Below, piece by piece: positions 10,397 to 24,162 of a stretch of 64,000 nt of DNA. The notes under the pieces are model-generated. The model was not told where the DNA came from. It made no database searches and saw only the letters and a program-made list of their open reading frames with translations. A program made the position numbers and the translations under genes. Position 1 is the first letter of the stretch, and each line of letters opens with the position of its first letter. This DNA is from an uncultured bacterium (GTDB lineage Bacteria; DUMJ01), in contig CAZZLK010000021.1 of assembly GCA_964655195.1 (NCBI GenBank), positions 3,377-67,376 of the forward strand, written 5' to 3'.

Positions 10397-11500
10397 ATGT
10401 TTGTCTTTGGTACCCGTCCTGAGGTATCAAAATTGGCTCCTGTCATATTTGAGGCTCAGAGGGAACCTTCTCTTGAAACTATAATTGTATCCACCGGGCA
10501 ACATAGAGAGATGCTGGATCAGATGTTAAAGATATTCGGTATCAGTCCAGATATAGATCTGGACGTTATGGAAGAGAGACAGAGCTTAAGCAGTATCACA
10601 GTAAGGATTATAGAAAGATTAGATCCTGTAATTCTTCGTTACAAACCAGATATGGTGATAGTTCAAGGGGATACCTCTACCGCATTTTTGGCAAGTCTGG
10701 TAAGTTTCTATAATAAGATCCCGGTGGCACATGTAGAAGCAGGTTTACGAAGCTTCGATATATATAACCCATTTCCTGAGGAGGCAAATAGAAGATTCAT
10801 CTCTGTAGTTGCCAGTCTCAATCTAGCTCCCACCAAGAAAGCTAAGGAAAATCTTCTAAAAGAGGGTATAAAAGAGGAGAGTATTATAGTTACTGGTAAT
10901 ACAATAGTAGATGCGGTCTACTGGATTTCAAAAGACCTGCCAGAGATCACTACAGATAAAAAGTTAATACTGGTAACTGCACATAGAAGGGAGAACTGGG
11001 GAGAACCAATGAAAGAACTGGCGCTGGCTATAAAAGAACTCGTACACGAGTTTCCAGATATAGTTTTTATAATTCCGCTCCACAAAAATCCGATTGTGAG
11101 GGAGATATTTAATGATATCCTATCATCTGTAGAGAGGGTCAAACTCTTGGAGCCTTTGGACTATCCTTCCTTAATAGGTATAATGAAGAATTCCTATCTT
11201 ATCCTTACAGATTCAGGAGGTATACAGGAAGAGGCTCCAACATTTGGGAAACCTGTTCTGGTCTTGAGAGAAACCACCGAAAGACCTGAAGGAGTAGAAA
11301 AGGGAGTAGCCAAGCTTGTAGGGATGCACAGAGAAGCTATTGTAAATAGTGTTAAAGAGCTCCTTATTAACAAATCTGTATACATAGCTATGAGTAAAGC
11401 AGGAAATCCTTATGGTGATGGAAAGGCTGGGAAGAGGGTAGTGAAGGCAGTAATGTATTTCCTAGGGATAGGTGAAAAGCCTGATGAGTTTGAATCTTAA
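10397..11500 (+). CDS. wecB: UDP-N-acetylglucosamine 2-epimerase (non-hydrolysing)
   Basis: MFVFGTRPEVSKLAPV.. and HVEAGLRSFD motifs. The ORF track starts at GTG 10352, giving a 15-aa extension atypical for the family. ATG 10397 is chosen, but the start is uncertain. Confidence 0.85.
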   Translation: MFVFGTRPEVSKLAPVIFEAQREPSLETIIVSTGQHREMLDQMLKIFGISPDIDLDVMEERQSLSSITVRIIERLDPVILRYKPDMVIVQGDTSTAFLASLVSFYNKIPVAHVEAGLRSFDIYNPFPEEANRRFISVVASLNLAPTKKAKENLLKEGIKEESIIVTGNTIVDAVYWISKDLPEITTDKKLILVTAHRRENWGEPMKELALAIKELVHEFPDIVFIIPLHKNPIVREIFNDILSSVERVKLLEPLDYPSLIGIMKNSYLILTDSGGIQEEAPTFGKPVLVLRETTERPEGVEKGVAKLVGMHREAIVNSVKELLINKSVYIAMSKAGNPYGDGKAGKRVVKAVMYFLGIGEKPDEFES

Positions 11501-11699
11501 GAAACCTTATGGGATATGGAGGTATATAGGTATAGCATTTTCCCTAGGTTTTACAATAGTCGCTTCTATACTTGTAGGCTTATATATAGGGGGATTCTTG
11601 GATAAAAAGCTACTTACTGGTTACTCTTTTAGAGTTCTTTTTATGTTTATTGGAGCTTTTACTGGATTGAGAAGTATATACAGGCAATACAGGAAGTGA
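11472..11699 (+). CDS. Small two-TM membrane protein, AtpZ-like (ATP synthase operon gene 1 family)
   Basis: 75 aa with two predicted TM helices, immediately upstream of atpI. Resembles AtpZ/ATPase_gene1 proteins in size and topology only. Confidence 0.45.
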   Translation: MKSLMSLNLKKPYGIWRYIGIAFSLGFTIVASILVGLYIGGFLDKKLLTGYSFRVLFMFIGAFTGLRSIYRQYRK

Positions 11700-12049
11700 A
11701 TAATCCTTTAATTTATATCTTAAAGATTTACTCATTAATAGCCTTTCCTCCTGGAATCATAATCCTGATTATGGCAAAAAGACATTACCTTCAAGGATAT
11801 CTTATAGGGGTTTCTCTAGGTTTACTAGATATCTTCTTTTTGTCTAGAAGTCTCAAAGGTAATTTAAATTACTCCAAAGCCATTATAGATATGCTTTTGA
11901 GGATGTTAGTCTTTGGGGCGATAGTACTCTTACTATTTGTTTGTGATATAATAAATAGGTTAAATATAGCAGGGTTATTTGTAGGGTTACTACTATACCC
12001 TATAGCCATAATAGTAGGAGGACTTAAGATTATAAGATGGAAGAGATAG
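11696..12049 (+). CDS. atpI: ATP synthase protein I (AtpI)-like membrane protein
   Basis: 117 aa, multi-TM, directly precedes atpB as in Bacillus-type operons. Confidence 0.55.
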   Translation: MNNPLIYILKIYSLIAFPPGIIILIMAKRHYLQGYLIGVSLGLLDIFFLSRSLKGNLNYSKAIIDMLLRMLVFGAIVLLLFVCDIINRLNIAGLFVGLLLYPIAIIVGGLKIIRWKR

Positions 12050-12693
12050 CTCCAAGAATAGTTTTTAGTATATTTGGGATACCGGTGACTGACTCTGTGA
12101 CCACTACTTGGGTGGTTATGGGGTTTATCCTGCTTTTAGGATGGATTCTCTCTAAAAATCTATCCGAACGACCAAGCAAGATTCAGGCTGTGCTTGAGAG
12201 CGTTATAGACTTTTACGAAAATATAGCGGTGCAAATAATGGGAGAAGAAGGCAAACAGTTTGTTCCTCTGGCTGTATCTATTGGTCTTTTTATACTGCTT
12301 TCTAACTGGATAGAGATAATACCTGGATTTAACGCGCCAACAAGAGATTTAAGTACAACTATAGCGTTAGCTATAGTTGCTGTCTCTTCTACGTATGTGG
12401 TTGGGATCAAGAAAAAGGGCTTGAGGTTCTTCAAAAAGTATATAGAGCCTAGTCCGATATTTCTGCCTATAAATATTCTAGAAGAACTAGTCAGACCTAT
12501 CTCTCTTAGCTTCCGTTTGTTTGGCAATATCCTAGGGGAAGAGATAGTTATAGCCATATTAGTGATGATCGTACCTCTAATCTTGCCTATTCCTATGATA
12601 CTTTTAGGTCTATTCACTGGTCTAATTCAGGCATTTATCTTCTCCCTTCTAACCCTGCTGTATGTAGCTGGAGCAGTAGGAGAAGAAGTCTAG
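12037..12693 (+). CDS. atpB: F0F1 ATP synthase subunit a
   Basis: Conserved stator Arg region LSFRLFGNILGEE. 218 aa polytopic membrane protein. Confidence 0.9.
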   Translation: MEEIAPRIVFSIFGIPVTDSVTTTWVVMGFILLLGWILSKNLSERPSKIQAVLESVIDFYENIAVQIMGEEGKQFVPLAVSIGLFILLSNWIEIIPGFNAPTRDLSTTIALAIVAVSSTYVVGIKKKGLRFFKKYIEPSPIFLPINILEELVRPISLSFRLFGNILGEEIVIAILVMIVPLILPIPMILLGLFTGLIQAFIFSLLTLLYVAGAVGEEV

Positions 12694-12715
12694 AGTTTGG
12701 AGGTGAAACATATCT

Positions 12716-12982
12716 ATGTTGACAGGTAAAGTATTAGTAATAATAGCTTCTGTAATATCAGCCGGATTTGGAATGGGAATGGCAGTATTGGGTGGAGCCC
12801 TTGGCGAAGGAAATGCTGTCTCCAAAGCGATGGAGTCTCTAGGGAGACAACCGGAGGCTCAAAGTTCTATTATGACAGTATTACTTCTGGGGCTTGCATT
12901 TATAGAATCACTGGTAATATTTATGCTAGTTGTAGCACTTGTATTGATCTTTGTGAATCCTTTTGTGGGGATGGTTCAATAG
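12716..12982 (+). CDS. atpE: F0F1 ATP synthase subunit c
   Basis: 88 aa hairpin proteolipid with the ion-binding Glu in [10 protein letters not shown]. Confidence 0.9.
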   Translation: MLTGKVLVIIASVISAGFGMGMAVLGGALGEGNAVSKAMESLGRQPEAQSSIMTVLLLGLAFIESLVIFMLVVALVLIFVNPFVGMVQ

Positions 12983-13477
12983 ATGATAAGGTTCACTTTT
13001 CCTACATTTATATTCCAGATTATAAACTTCTTGGTCACCCTGTACTTGATATATAGGTTTGTCTATAACCCTATAGCCAGGTATATATCTAAAAGGCAGG
13101 AGAGTATAGAGAGTGAGCTTGAGAGGGCTAAAGCTGAGAGAGAATCAGCTGAGGCCCTGAAATTAGCGTATGAAGAGAAGTTAAAAGAGGCACAAAGACA
13201 GGCGGAAGAGATTATAGAAAGGGCTAAACTTCAAGCAGAGGAAGAAAGAAAACAGATATTAGATAGGGCCCAGAGGGAGGCTCAAGCTCTGTTTAACAAA
13301 GCTCAGAACGAACTTCTCCTAGAGCGAAAACATGCGATAGAAAAATTTAAAGAGGAAATTACAGAAATAGTACTCGACCTGGTATCAAAACTTATTATGG
13401 TAGAATTCAACAGTAAGGATAAGATTAGAGAGAAAATACTGGAAAAGTATATGGAGGGGATAAAGAGTTATAAATGA
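12983..13477 (+). CDS. atpF: F0F1 ATP synthase subunit b
   Basis: N-terminal TM helix followed by a long charged coiled-coil (E/K/A/R-rich). 164 aa. Confidence 0.85.
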   Translation: MIRFTFPTFIFQIINFLVTLYLIYRFVYNPIARYISKRQESIESELERAKAERESAEALKLAYEEKLKEAQRQAEEIIERAKLQAEEERKQILDRAQREAQALFNKAQNELLLERKHAIEKFKEEITEIVLDLVSKLIMVEFNSKDKIREKILEKYMEGIKSYK

Positions 13478-15518
13478 GTGCCACCTCAATTTCAAGTACC
13501 ATAGACGTCTTAACCGAAGAGTTGGTTAAAACAGCCATAAGAGAAGATAGAGAAGAGGATTATAAGTCTCTTCTTAGAAATCTTATAGATGAACTTACCT
13601 ATAACCCTGAACTGAGTAATCTATGGGAAAAAGGGGATGTTATTGAAAAGAAGAGGGTTATAAGAGAGAGATTTTCAGACGCCTCTCCTAGATTCTTTAG
13701 CTTTGTCTCCAAAATTATAGATTCCAATTTGGAGGATTCTCTCTACAGCATCTATCTCAGATTTATTGAGTTATTAGATCACAACCAGTTTTCAAAGGTA
13801 AGAGTAGAATTACCATTTCCTCTGTCGGAAGATAAGATAGAAAGTTTAGAATCATTCCTCTCCAATCTTCTTAACAGGGATGTTGTATGCTCCATTCATA
13901 TTAACGAGAACATTATAAATGGAATTAAGGTAGATCTAGAAGAAGAAGTGATAGACTTATCTCTAAAGACTCAACTAGATATCCTAAAAGAAGATCTGGA
14001 AAACATAGCGGTAGAAGATTCTTTCTATGAGATATTAGAAAAGATCAAAGAAAAAGTATCTTCTTTCTCTGTAAAGCCCTTAAGACTCTCTCTGGGACGA
14101 GTAGAAAGTATAAGAGACTGTGTAGTAAATGCCTCTGGGTTAAAGAATGCAAGATACGGGGAGTTGGTATTATTTCCTGATAACGTCTACGGAATGGTGA
14201 TGAGTTTAGAAGAAGATTCTACAGGTATTATACTTTTAGGGCCATCGGATAAGATCTCCGCAGGAGATACCATAAGAACAACCGGCAGGGTGTTAGAAGT
14301 CCCTGTAGGAGAAGAGCTTATAGGAAGGGTGATAGATCCCCTCGGCAGAGCATTAGATGGAGGTCCCCCTATAGAAGCTACTAAGACCAGAAGAATAGAG
14401 AATCTTGCTCCAACAGTAGTTGAGAGAGAACCGGTAAATACCCCCCTGCAGACAGGATTAAAGGTGATAGATGCATTATTTCCCATTGGAAGAGGACAGA
14501 GGGAATTAATAATAGGTGATAGACAGACGGGAAAGACCGCTATAGCTATTGATACCATCCTCAATCAGAAGAATGAAGATGTTATCTGTATATATGTAGC
14601 TATAGGACAAAAGGCAACAACGGTTGCTGAGATAGTCAAAATACTGAAAGAGAGAGGAGCGATGGATTATACAATTATCGTTTCTGCATTCGCCAGCGAA
14701 CCAGCATCTCTACTATATATAGCTCCATACGCAGGATGCGCTATAGGTGAAGAGTTTATGTATCAGGGAAGAGATGTATTGATAATATACGATGATCTAT
14801 CTAAGCATGCAAAAGCTTATAGAGAGATCTCCCTCCTTTTAAAGCGGCCCCCGGGCAGAGAGGCTTATCCTGGAGATATCTTTTACTTACATGCAAGACT
14901 TCTGGAAAGATCGGCAAAACTTAACAGCTATCTTGGTGGGGGATCTTTAACCGCGTTACCTATAGTAGAGACTCAGCTAGGAGATATCTCTGCCTATATA
15001 CCAACAAATCTAATTTCTATTACTGATGGACAGATATATCTGGATGCCTCGCTCTTTCATGAAGGAATTAGACCAGCAGTGGACATAGGACTCTCTGTAT
15101 CTAGAGTAGGTGGCAATGCCCAGATTAAAGCTATGAGGCAGGTAGCCGGAAGATTGAGGCTAGATCTTGCACAGTATCGAGAGGTAGAGACATTTGCCCA
15201 GATATCTACAGATATAGATCCCGCTACTAGGGGGTTATTAGAAAGAGGAGCTAGGATAAGAGAGATACTGAAACAGCCACAGTACAGTCCTATGGAAGTG
15301 ATAGATCAGGTTATAGTTCTATTTACCGTAACCAGAGGATATATAGATGAGATAGCTATAGAAGAAGTTTCTCATTTTCAGAATGGGCTATTAGATTATA
15401 TAAACAGAAACTACAAAGTTTTAAAAGATAAAATAAAGTCAGAAGGTTTAACCGAAGAAAATATAACAGAACTGACTAGGGCTATATTTGAATTTAAAAG
15501 GACATTTAGTAGCGAGTA

Positions 15519-15519
<1 letters not shown>
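13474..15519 (+). CDS. atpA: F0F1 ATP synthase delta (OSCP)-alpha in-frame fusion protein
   Basis: 681 aa. Residues ~1-180 align to delta/OSCP: [47 protein letters not shown] resembles E. coli delta [45 protein letters not shown]. From ~181 it is canonical alpha: [27 protein letters not shown] and Walker [19 protein letters not shown]. No stop or start codon lies between the parts; the junction ..[19 protein letters not shown].. is near nt 14011. Confidence 0.85.
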
Positions 15520-18193
<2,674 letters not shown>

Positions 18194-18197
<4 letters not shown>

Positions 18198-19441
18198 AGA
18201 TAAAGATAGAAGGTGGAGTAAGGCTGAATGGGGAAGTGAGTATAATCGGGGCTAAAAATTCTGCCCTCCCAATAATGGCTGCCACGTTACTCACTGATGG
18301 AACCACTGTCATTCACAATATACCTGATTTAAAAGATGTTCATACTATGATGAGTATGCTGGAAAATTTTGGAGCTAAGTTAAAATTCAAGAAGAATATC
18401 CTCGAGGTTACTATAAATGAAATACTTCCCGTAGACCCACCGGAAGACCAGGTAAAGCAGATGAGGGCTTCTTTTCTCGTTGCAGGACCCCTTCTGGCTA
18501 GACTTGGCAAGATAAGGATACCTCTTCCAGGTGGCTGTCAAATAGGTTCCAGGCCTGTAGACCTCCATCTAAAAGGATTTCAAGCTTTAGGGGCTAAAGT
18601 AACTAGTGAACACGGTTACGTTGACCTGGAGACTAAAGGCTTAAAGGGAGCTTCTATATACCTTGACATTCCTACGGTTACAGGTACTGAAAATATTATG
18701 ATGGCAGCAGTCCTGGCAAGAGGTAAGACGGAGATCATCAATGCTGCCAAAGAACCTGAGGTTGTTGATCTTGCCGAAGCATTAAATAAGATGGGAGCAA
18801 AGATAAAGGGCGCAGGAACAGACAGGATAGAGATCGAAGGGGTAGACTCTTTATCCCCTGTAGAACATACCATAATACCTGACAGGATTGAGGCAGGGAC
18901 ATTTCTTGTGGCTGGAGCAATTACAGGTGGAGAAGTCACTATTAAAGGTGCAAGAAAAGACCATCTTGGAGCAGTACTGGGCAAACTCGAAGAGATGGGT
19001 CATAAGATAGAAGCAGAAGAGGAAAGAATAAGGATTATAGCAAAGAACGTAGGTAAAGCCTGCGATATTACCACTGCTCCTTATCCTGGATTTCCTACAG
19101 ATATGCAGGCTCTCTTTGCCAGTCTATTAGGTGTATCTAAGGGAACTAGTATTATAACAGAAACTATCTTTGATAGGAGATTTGGTTTTGTAGATGAACT
19201 CATCAGGATGGGAGCAAATATGAGGGTCCAAGGGAATACACTTATAATAGTAGGGATAAAGAGGTATTCTGGAGCCAGTGTTACCGCTGGAGATTTAAGA
19301 GCAGGCGCAGCTCTAATAATGGCAGGACTAAATGCTGAGGGAACTACGGAGATATCAGGAGTAGAACATATAGAGAGAGGATACGAAGCTATAGATAAAA
19401 AGCTCAAGATATTAGGGGCTAAGATTTCCATCGAACCTTAA
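18194..19441 (+). CDS. murA: UDP-N-acetylglucosamine 1-carboxyvinyltransferase
   Basis: N-terminal GAKNSALPIMAATLL and active-site Cys region PGGCQIGSRPVDLH. Follows atpC as in Bacillus. Confidence 0.93.
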
Positions 19442-19445
19442 ATAT

Positions 19446-21395
19446 GTGAGATTCATAGTCTTTAATATGATTAAAGAAAGGAGGGCTAAATTGACTAGGA
19501 AGATAATACTGATATTAGCTTTGCTTATCTTCTTCTGTATTATCTTTAATAGCTATGTCTTATCAGGCGAAAAGATTAAGATATCTGGTATTGAAATCCA
19601 GGGGAACCGTAATATCCCTAAAGAAGAGATAATAAAGATACTCGACCTTCCAGAAGAGATAGACGAAGACATAGTTAGATCAGGACTACAGAGGCTCTTA
19701 AATACAGGATACTTTTCCAATATTGACGCTAGTATGAAAGTGGATGGAAGTAAGTATATCTTAGTTATTAGCGTAAGTGAAGCTCCAGTCTTTAAAGAGA
19801 TTAAAGTGGTGGGTAATAAAGATATAGATACTGCAGAGATAGTAAACCTTATCTCTTTAAAGTCAGGCACCACTATAAATCTTATCACCTTAAACCAGGA
19901 TTTAGGTAAGATTGCAGAACTCTACAAGAGTAGAGGATACATAGGAGCAAACTTCCAGGTCAATATAACTGAAGATGGAATAATAGTCATAAATATAAAC
20001 GAGGGCCCAACTGTTTCAGGTTTTATATTTAAAGGAAACACTGTAATAAAGTCGGAAGATCTGGATAAAGAGCTAGAAAAATACAGAGGAAAGACCTTGA
20101 ATACAAATCTATTAAAGGATATGGCACTAAATATTCAGGAGTTCTATAATAAGAAAGGATATCCTGCCTGTGTTATTCTCAATGCGTACAGCGATACAAA
20201 TGGAGTAGTGACATTTGAAATAGGTGAAGGTAAGATTGCAAAGATAGTTATCGATGGAAATAAAAAGACAAAAGACTACGTAATTCTCAGGGAGATGGAA
20301 ACCAAAGCTGGAGACGTTCTTAATACTACTAAAATTCAAAAAGACCTTCAGAAGATATTTAACCTTGGTTATTTTTCAGATGTAAATGCAGATATCAAGT
20401 CTGCCGAAACCCCTGGTGAAATTATCCTAACAGTCAGGGTAGTGGAGCAACTCACTGGACAGGCAAATGGTGGTATAGCCTATAGCACCGCCGAGGGTTT
20501 TTCTATAATATTAGGAATTAAAGACTCAAATCTATTGGGAACAGGAAGAGATTTAGGTCTGTATCTAAATATAGGAGTTACCGCTCGTGATATAACACTA
20601 AATTATACCGAGCCGTATGCTTTCGGAACCACAGGAACCTTAAGTACTTATCTAGTATGGAGGAAGGCAGATAATACAGATATAATAGAGAACACATCAA
20701 TTAACTATTCGGAGGATAGAAAGACCCTTGAATTGACGTTGACTAAACCGATAGATATAAACCTAAAGGGTACGATAGGATTCTCTTATAATGATATAAC
20801 TTATCAGGCTAAAGAGGATGTAACACTACCAGAGATGATAAAGTCTGGTATCTCTAGCGCCCTAGTCCTGGGAGTTGCCAAAGATACAAGAGATGTAATC
20901 TTAAACCCTATGAAGGGGGACTACTACTCACTAAATATAAAGCAGGGCGGAGGAATATTCGGTGGAGACTTCAATTTTACAAGACTCAATATCGACCTAA
21001 GATGGTATTTCCCAACATCAGACAAAGATACACTTGCTTTAAACTGCACCTTGGGATTAGGTTTTGGTGAGCTACCATATATAGAGAAGTTCAGTGTTGG
21101 AGGGGTAAATTCTGTAAGGGGACTTCCAGAAAACTGGAAAAAGTCAGACTATTTAGAACTTATAAGTCTTGAATATAGAAACAAGATACAGGATAATGTA
21201 TTTGGTGTGATATTTTTAGACTTAGGAAATGGATGGAAGAGTGGAGAAACGATAAATCTTACAGATCTATATACTGGAATAGGCCTTGGGTTGAGAATAA
21301 TGGTCCCTCCTATGGGGTTATTAAGACTAGATTATGGCTGGGGTAGTTATGACTGGCAGGGAAGATTCTATTTTAGTGTGGGACAAAAATTCTAA
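19446..21395 (+). CDS. bamA: Outer membrane protein assembly factor BamA/Omp85 (POTRA repeats plus C-terminal beta-barrel)
   Basis: Signal/TM segment, POTRA-like repeats (ISGIEIQGNRNIPKEEI...) and a C-terminal barrel ending ..GRFYFSVGQKF. Confidence 0.8.
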   Translation: MRFIVFNMIKERRAKLTRKIILILALLIFFCIIFNSYVLSGEKIKISGIEIQGNRNIPKEEIIKILDLPEEIDEDIVRSGLQRLLNTGYFSNIDASMKVDGSKYILVISVSEAPVFKEIKVVGNKDIDTAEIVNLISLKSGTTINLITLNQDLGKIAELYKSRGYIGANFQVNITEDGIIVININEGPTVSGFIFKGNTVIKSEDLDKELEKYRGKTLNTNLLKDMALNIQEFYNKKGYPACVILNAYSDTNGVVTFEIGEGKIAKIVIDGNKKTKDYVILREMETKAGDVLNTTKIQKDLQKIFNLGYFSDVNADIKSAETPGEIILTVRVVEQLTGQANGGIAYSTAEGFSIILGIKDSNLLGTGRDLGLYLNIGVTARDITLNYTEPYAFGTTGTLSTYLVWRKADNTDIIENTSINYSEDRKTLELTLTKPIDINLKGTIGFSYNDITYQAKEDVTLPEMIKSGISSALVLGVAKDTRDVILNPMKGDYYSLNIKQGGGIFGGDFNFTRLNIDLRWYFPTSDKDTLALNCTLGLGFGELPYIEKFSVGGVNSVRGLPENWKKSDYLELISLEYRNKIQDNVFGVIFLDLGNGWKSGETINLTDLYTGIGLGLRIMVPPMGLLRLDYGWGSYDWQGRFYFSVGQKF

Positions 21396-21404
21396 GTATG
21401 GGAG

Positions 21405-21881
21405 TTGATGTATAAAATGGATAAGAGGTTATTAATTTTGGCATTGATTATAGGTGCAGTTGGTATTCTTCTTTGGGGGCTGAGTATCCCGAGGTATGGA
21501 TTTGCGCTAGACACATTTAAGATTGGGTATGTAGATATAAACAAAGTCATAGAGAATCATCCCAGGATCGAAAAGGTAAAGAAGGATATAAATGACTTTG
21601 CTATGAAAACTAAGGCAGAATATCAGAAACAGTTAGATGAAGCGGTAAAAGATAAAACAGCTGTTGAGGCTCAACAACTAAAGGCGGAATATGAAGCCAG
21701 ACTAAATCAAGTTGTAGCTCAAAGACAACAGGAGATGTTAAAGCCAATACTCGATGACATTAAATTGGCAGTGAGAGATATATCTAAAAAAAGAGGCATA
21801 GATATAGTATTAAGGAGTGAGATAGTAATAACTGGTGGTATAGACATTACTGATGATGTCATAAAGGCTATAAAGAAATGA
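21405..21881 (+). CDS. skp: OmpH/Skp-family periplasmic chaperone
   Basis: 158 aa, signal peptide then a long Q/K/E-rich helical region. Canonical position between bamA and lpxD. Confidence 0.7.
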   Translation: MMYKMDKRLLILALIIGAVGILLWGLSIPRYGFALDTFKIGYVDINKVIENHPRIEKVKKDINDFAMKTKAEYQKQLDEAVKDKTAVEAQQLKAEYEARLNQVVAQRQQEMLKPILDDIKLAVRDISKKRGIDIVLRSEIVITGGIDITDDVIKAIKK

Positions 21882-22888
21882 ATTATAAGTTAGAGGAGAT
21901 AGCCAGATTTATAAACGGCAAACTTTTTGGGCCCCCAGACATGGTGATAACTGGAGTAAATTCTCCAGAGTTAGCAGGTGAGAAGGAAATATGTATCATC
22001 TATGATGAAAAGTTTGTAGATGTGATAAAAAATAGAAATGTTGGAGCAGTCATAATCAGAGAAGGATTAAAAGTTGATAAGCCTCATATAGTAGTATCAG
22101 ACCCTAGAGCTATTATGCCAGTTATTCTAAATCTTTTTGCTAAAAAAAAGGAGCTTCGAGGTATAGATAAGTCTGCTATTGTAGGAGATAACTGTACTAT
22201 TCCTGAGAGCTGTTTTATAGGTCCCTATGTAGTTATAGGAGATAGGGTAAAGCTTGGAGAAAGAGTTATCATTATGGCTGGAAGTAAGATTGGAGACGAA
22301 GTTATCATAGGGGATGACTCTTTTATCGGCTACAATGTAATAATAGACGATAGTAGTGTTATAGGGAAGAGGGTCAAAATTCAACACGGAGCGGTTATCG
22401 GGAAAGAAGGCTTTGGCTTCTACAGGGGTCAGGAAGGTTATATAAGGATTCCTCACCTTGGCAATGTGGTAATAGAAGATGATGTAGAGATCGGAGCTAA
22501 TAGTGTGGTTGATAGAGCTACTCTTGGATCCACTATTATTAAGAAGGGTACGAAGATAGATAGCCTGGTATTGGTAGGACATAATGTAAAGGTAGGGGAA
22601 GATACTGCTATAGCTGGACAAAGTGGTGTAGCAGGAAGTTCAGAAGTAGGCAATAGATGTATGATAGGAGGACAGGTAGGCATAGCAGATCACCTCAAGG
22701 TTGGAGATAATACAATAATCTTTGCCAAGACAGGGGTTATAGGAGATATACCTTCAAATTCTGTTGTATCTGGTATACCGGCAAGACCTCATAGAGAGTG
22801 GTTAAAAGCACAGGCTATTTTATTAAAACTACCAAAAATAATCAGGCAGTTAGGGATAAAGGATGTGGCAGACGACAGTAAAGAGTAA
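21878..22888 (+). CDS. lpxD: UDP-3-O-acylglucosamine N-acyltransferase
   Basis: Left-handed beta-helix hexapeptide repeats throughout. Position after skp. Confidence 0.88.
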   Translation: MNYKLEEIARFINGKLFGPPDMVITGVNSPELAGEKEICIIYDEKFVDVIKNRNVGAVIIREGLKVDKPHIVVSDPRAIMPVILNLFAKKKELRGIDKSAIVGDNCTIPESCFIGPYVVIGDRVKLGERVIIMAGSKIGDEVIIGDDSFIGYNVIIDDSSVIGKRVKIQHGAVIGKEGFGFYRGQEGYIRIPHLGNVVIEDDVEIGANSVVDRATLGSTIIKKGTKIDSLVLVGHNVKVGEDTAIAGQSGVAGSSEVGNRCMIGGQVGIADHLKVGDNTIIFAKTGVIGDIPSNSVVSGIPARPHREWLKAQAILLKLPKIIRQLGIKDVADDSKE

Positions 22889-23678
22889 AGTAGAGATAAG
22901 AGGGGTTGGACTGCATACTGGAAAAGAGAGTAGGATTATAATATCTCCAGCATCCGCAGATACAGGTATAGTGTTTAACTTTGCAAAGAATAGCTTCACA
23001 AAGATCAAAGTGGATAGTATGGTCATCTCTACCAATAGAGGGACTATTTTGGCTCATAACGAGTACTCCATATATACAGTTGAGCATATCCTTTCTGCCC
23101 TTAATGGGCTAGAGATAGATAATGTGGAGATCATTGTAGATGGTGAAGAGATACCATCCTGTGATGGAAGTGCTAAGACCTTCGTAGACAAGTTAAAAGA
23201 AGCAGGGATAGAAATATTGGATAAAAAAAGGAAAGTAATTCAGCTTCCGGAACCTGTATGGATATTTAATGGAGAGAAGGGAATATTTGCACTACCCAGC
23301 GATAGACTCTCTATTTATTACACGATAGAATTTCCTCGGATAGGAAAACAGTGGATATTCTATGAACATAATCCCTTGAGATATGAGCTGGAGATTGCAC
23401 CTGCCAGGACATTTGGTTTTGAAGAGGAGATAGAGATGCTAATCACTGAGGGTTTAGCAAAGGGAGGAAACCTTCAGAATTCCGTTATAGTTGGGAAAAA
23501 TGGATACTCGTCACCACTCAGATATCCAGATGAGTTTGTAAGGCATAAACTCTTGGACCTTATGGGAGACATATATTTGTTAGGGAAACGTATTAATGCT
23601 ACAATATTTGTAGTAAAAGGTGGTCATAATCTTCACGTAGAATTAGTAAAGAAGATAAAAGAGGTGATCGATGATTGA
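22863..23678 (+). CDS. lpxC: UDP-3-O-acyl-N-acetylglucosamine deacetylase
   Basis: N-terminus ..KVEIRGVGLHTGKESRIIISPA and zinc-ligand context. 271 aa. Confidence 0.92.
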   Translation: MWQTTVKSKVEIRGVGLHTGKESRIIISPASADTGIVFNFAKNSFTKIKVDSMVISTNRGTILAHNEYSIYTVEHILSALNGLEIDNVEIIVDGEEIPSCDGSAKTFVDKLKEAGIEILDKKRKVIQLPEPVWIFNGEKGIFALPSDRLSIYYTIEFPRIGKQWIFYEHNPLRYELEIAPARTFGFEEEIEMLITEGLAKGGNLQNSVIVGKNGYSSPLRYPDEFVRHKLLDLMGDIYLLGKRINATIFVVKGGHNLHVELVKKIKEVIDD

Positions 23679-24162
23679 TAGAGAGATTTCAACTTTGAAC
23701 ATATATGAACTCTTAAATATACTACCCCACAGATATCCATTCTTATTGGTGGATAAGATTATAGAATACGAAAAGGGGAAGAGGGTAAAGGGTGTAAAGA
23801 ATGTGACCATAAATGAACCATATTTTCCTGGACATTTTCCGGAATTCCCGATTACGCCAGGTGTTATCATTATAGAAGCTATGGCACAGATAGGTGGGCT
23901 CCTTTTACTAGAAGAGGCAAAAGAAAAGGATGAGCTGGCAATATTAAGTGGGGTAGATAAAGTCAGGTTTCGTAGAATGGTAAGACCCGGAGATCAGATA
24001 GTGATAGAGGCAGAAATTCTTCAAAGAAAGATTAATTTTTGCAAATTAAAGTGTACCGCATACGTAGAGAGTAATGTGGTAGCAGAAGGTGAGTTATTAA
24101 TAGCGTTATACAAGGAGGATTCTATCCGTGACATATATACATCCAACAGCGATAATAGATGA
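23671..24162 (+). CDS. fabZ: 3-hydroxyacyl-[ACP] dehydratase
   Basis: Hot-dog fold with YFPGHFPEFPITPGV and EAMAQIGG motifs. Confidence 0.9.
   Translation: MIDREISTLNIYELLNILPHRYPFLLVDKIIEYEKGKRVKGVKNVTINEPYFPGHFPEFPITPGVIIIEAMAQIGGLLLLEEAKEKDELAILSGVDKVRFRRMVRPGDQIVIEAEILQRKINFCKLKCTAYVESNVVAEGELLIALYKEDSIRDIYTSNSDNR

Noticed and set aside
12213-12617. 134-aa - strand ORF inside atpB
   Set aside because: Antisense shadow ORF.
22127-22621. 164-aa - strand ORF inside lpxD
   Set aside because: The hexapeptide-repeat DNA is periodic and generates long antisense ORFs.
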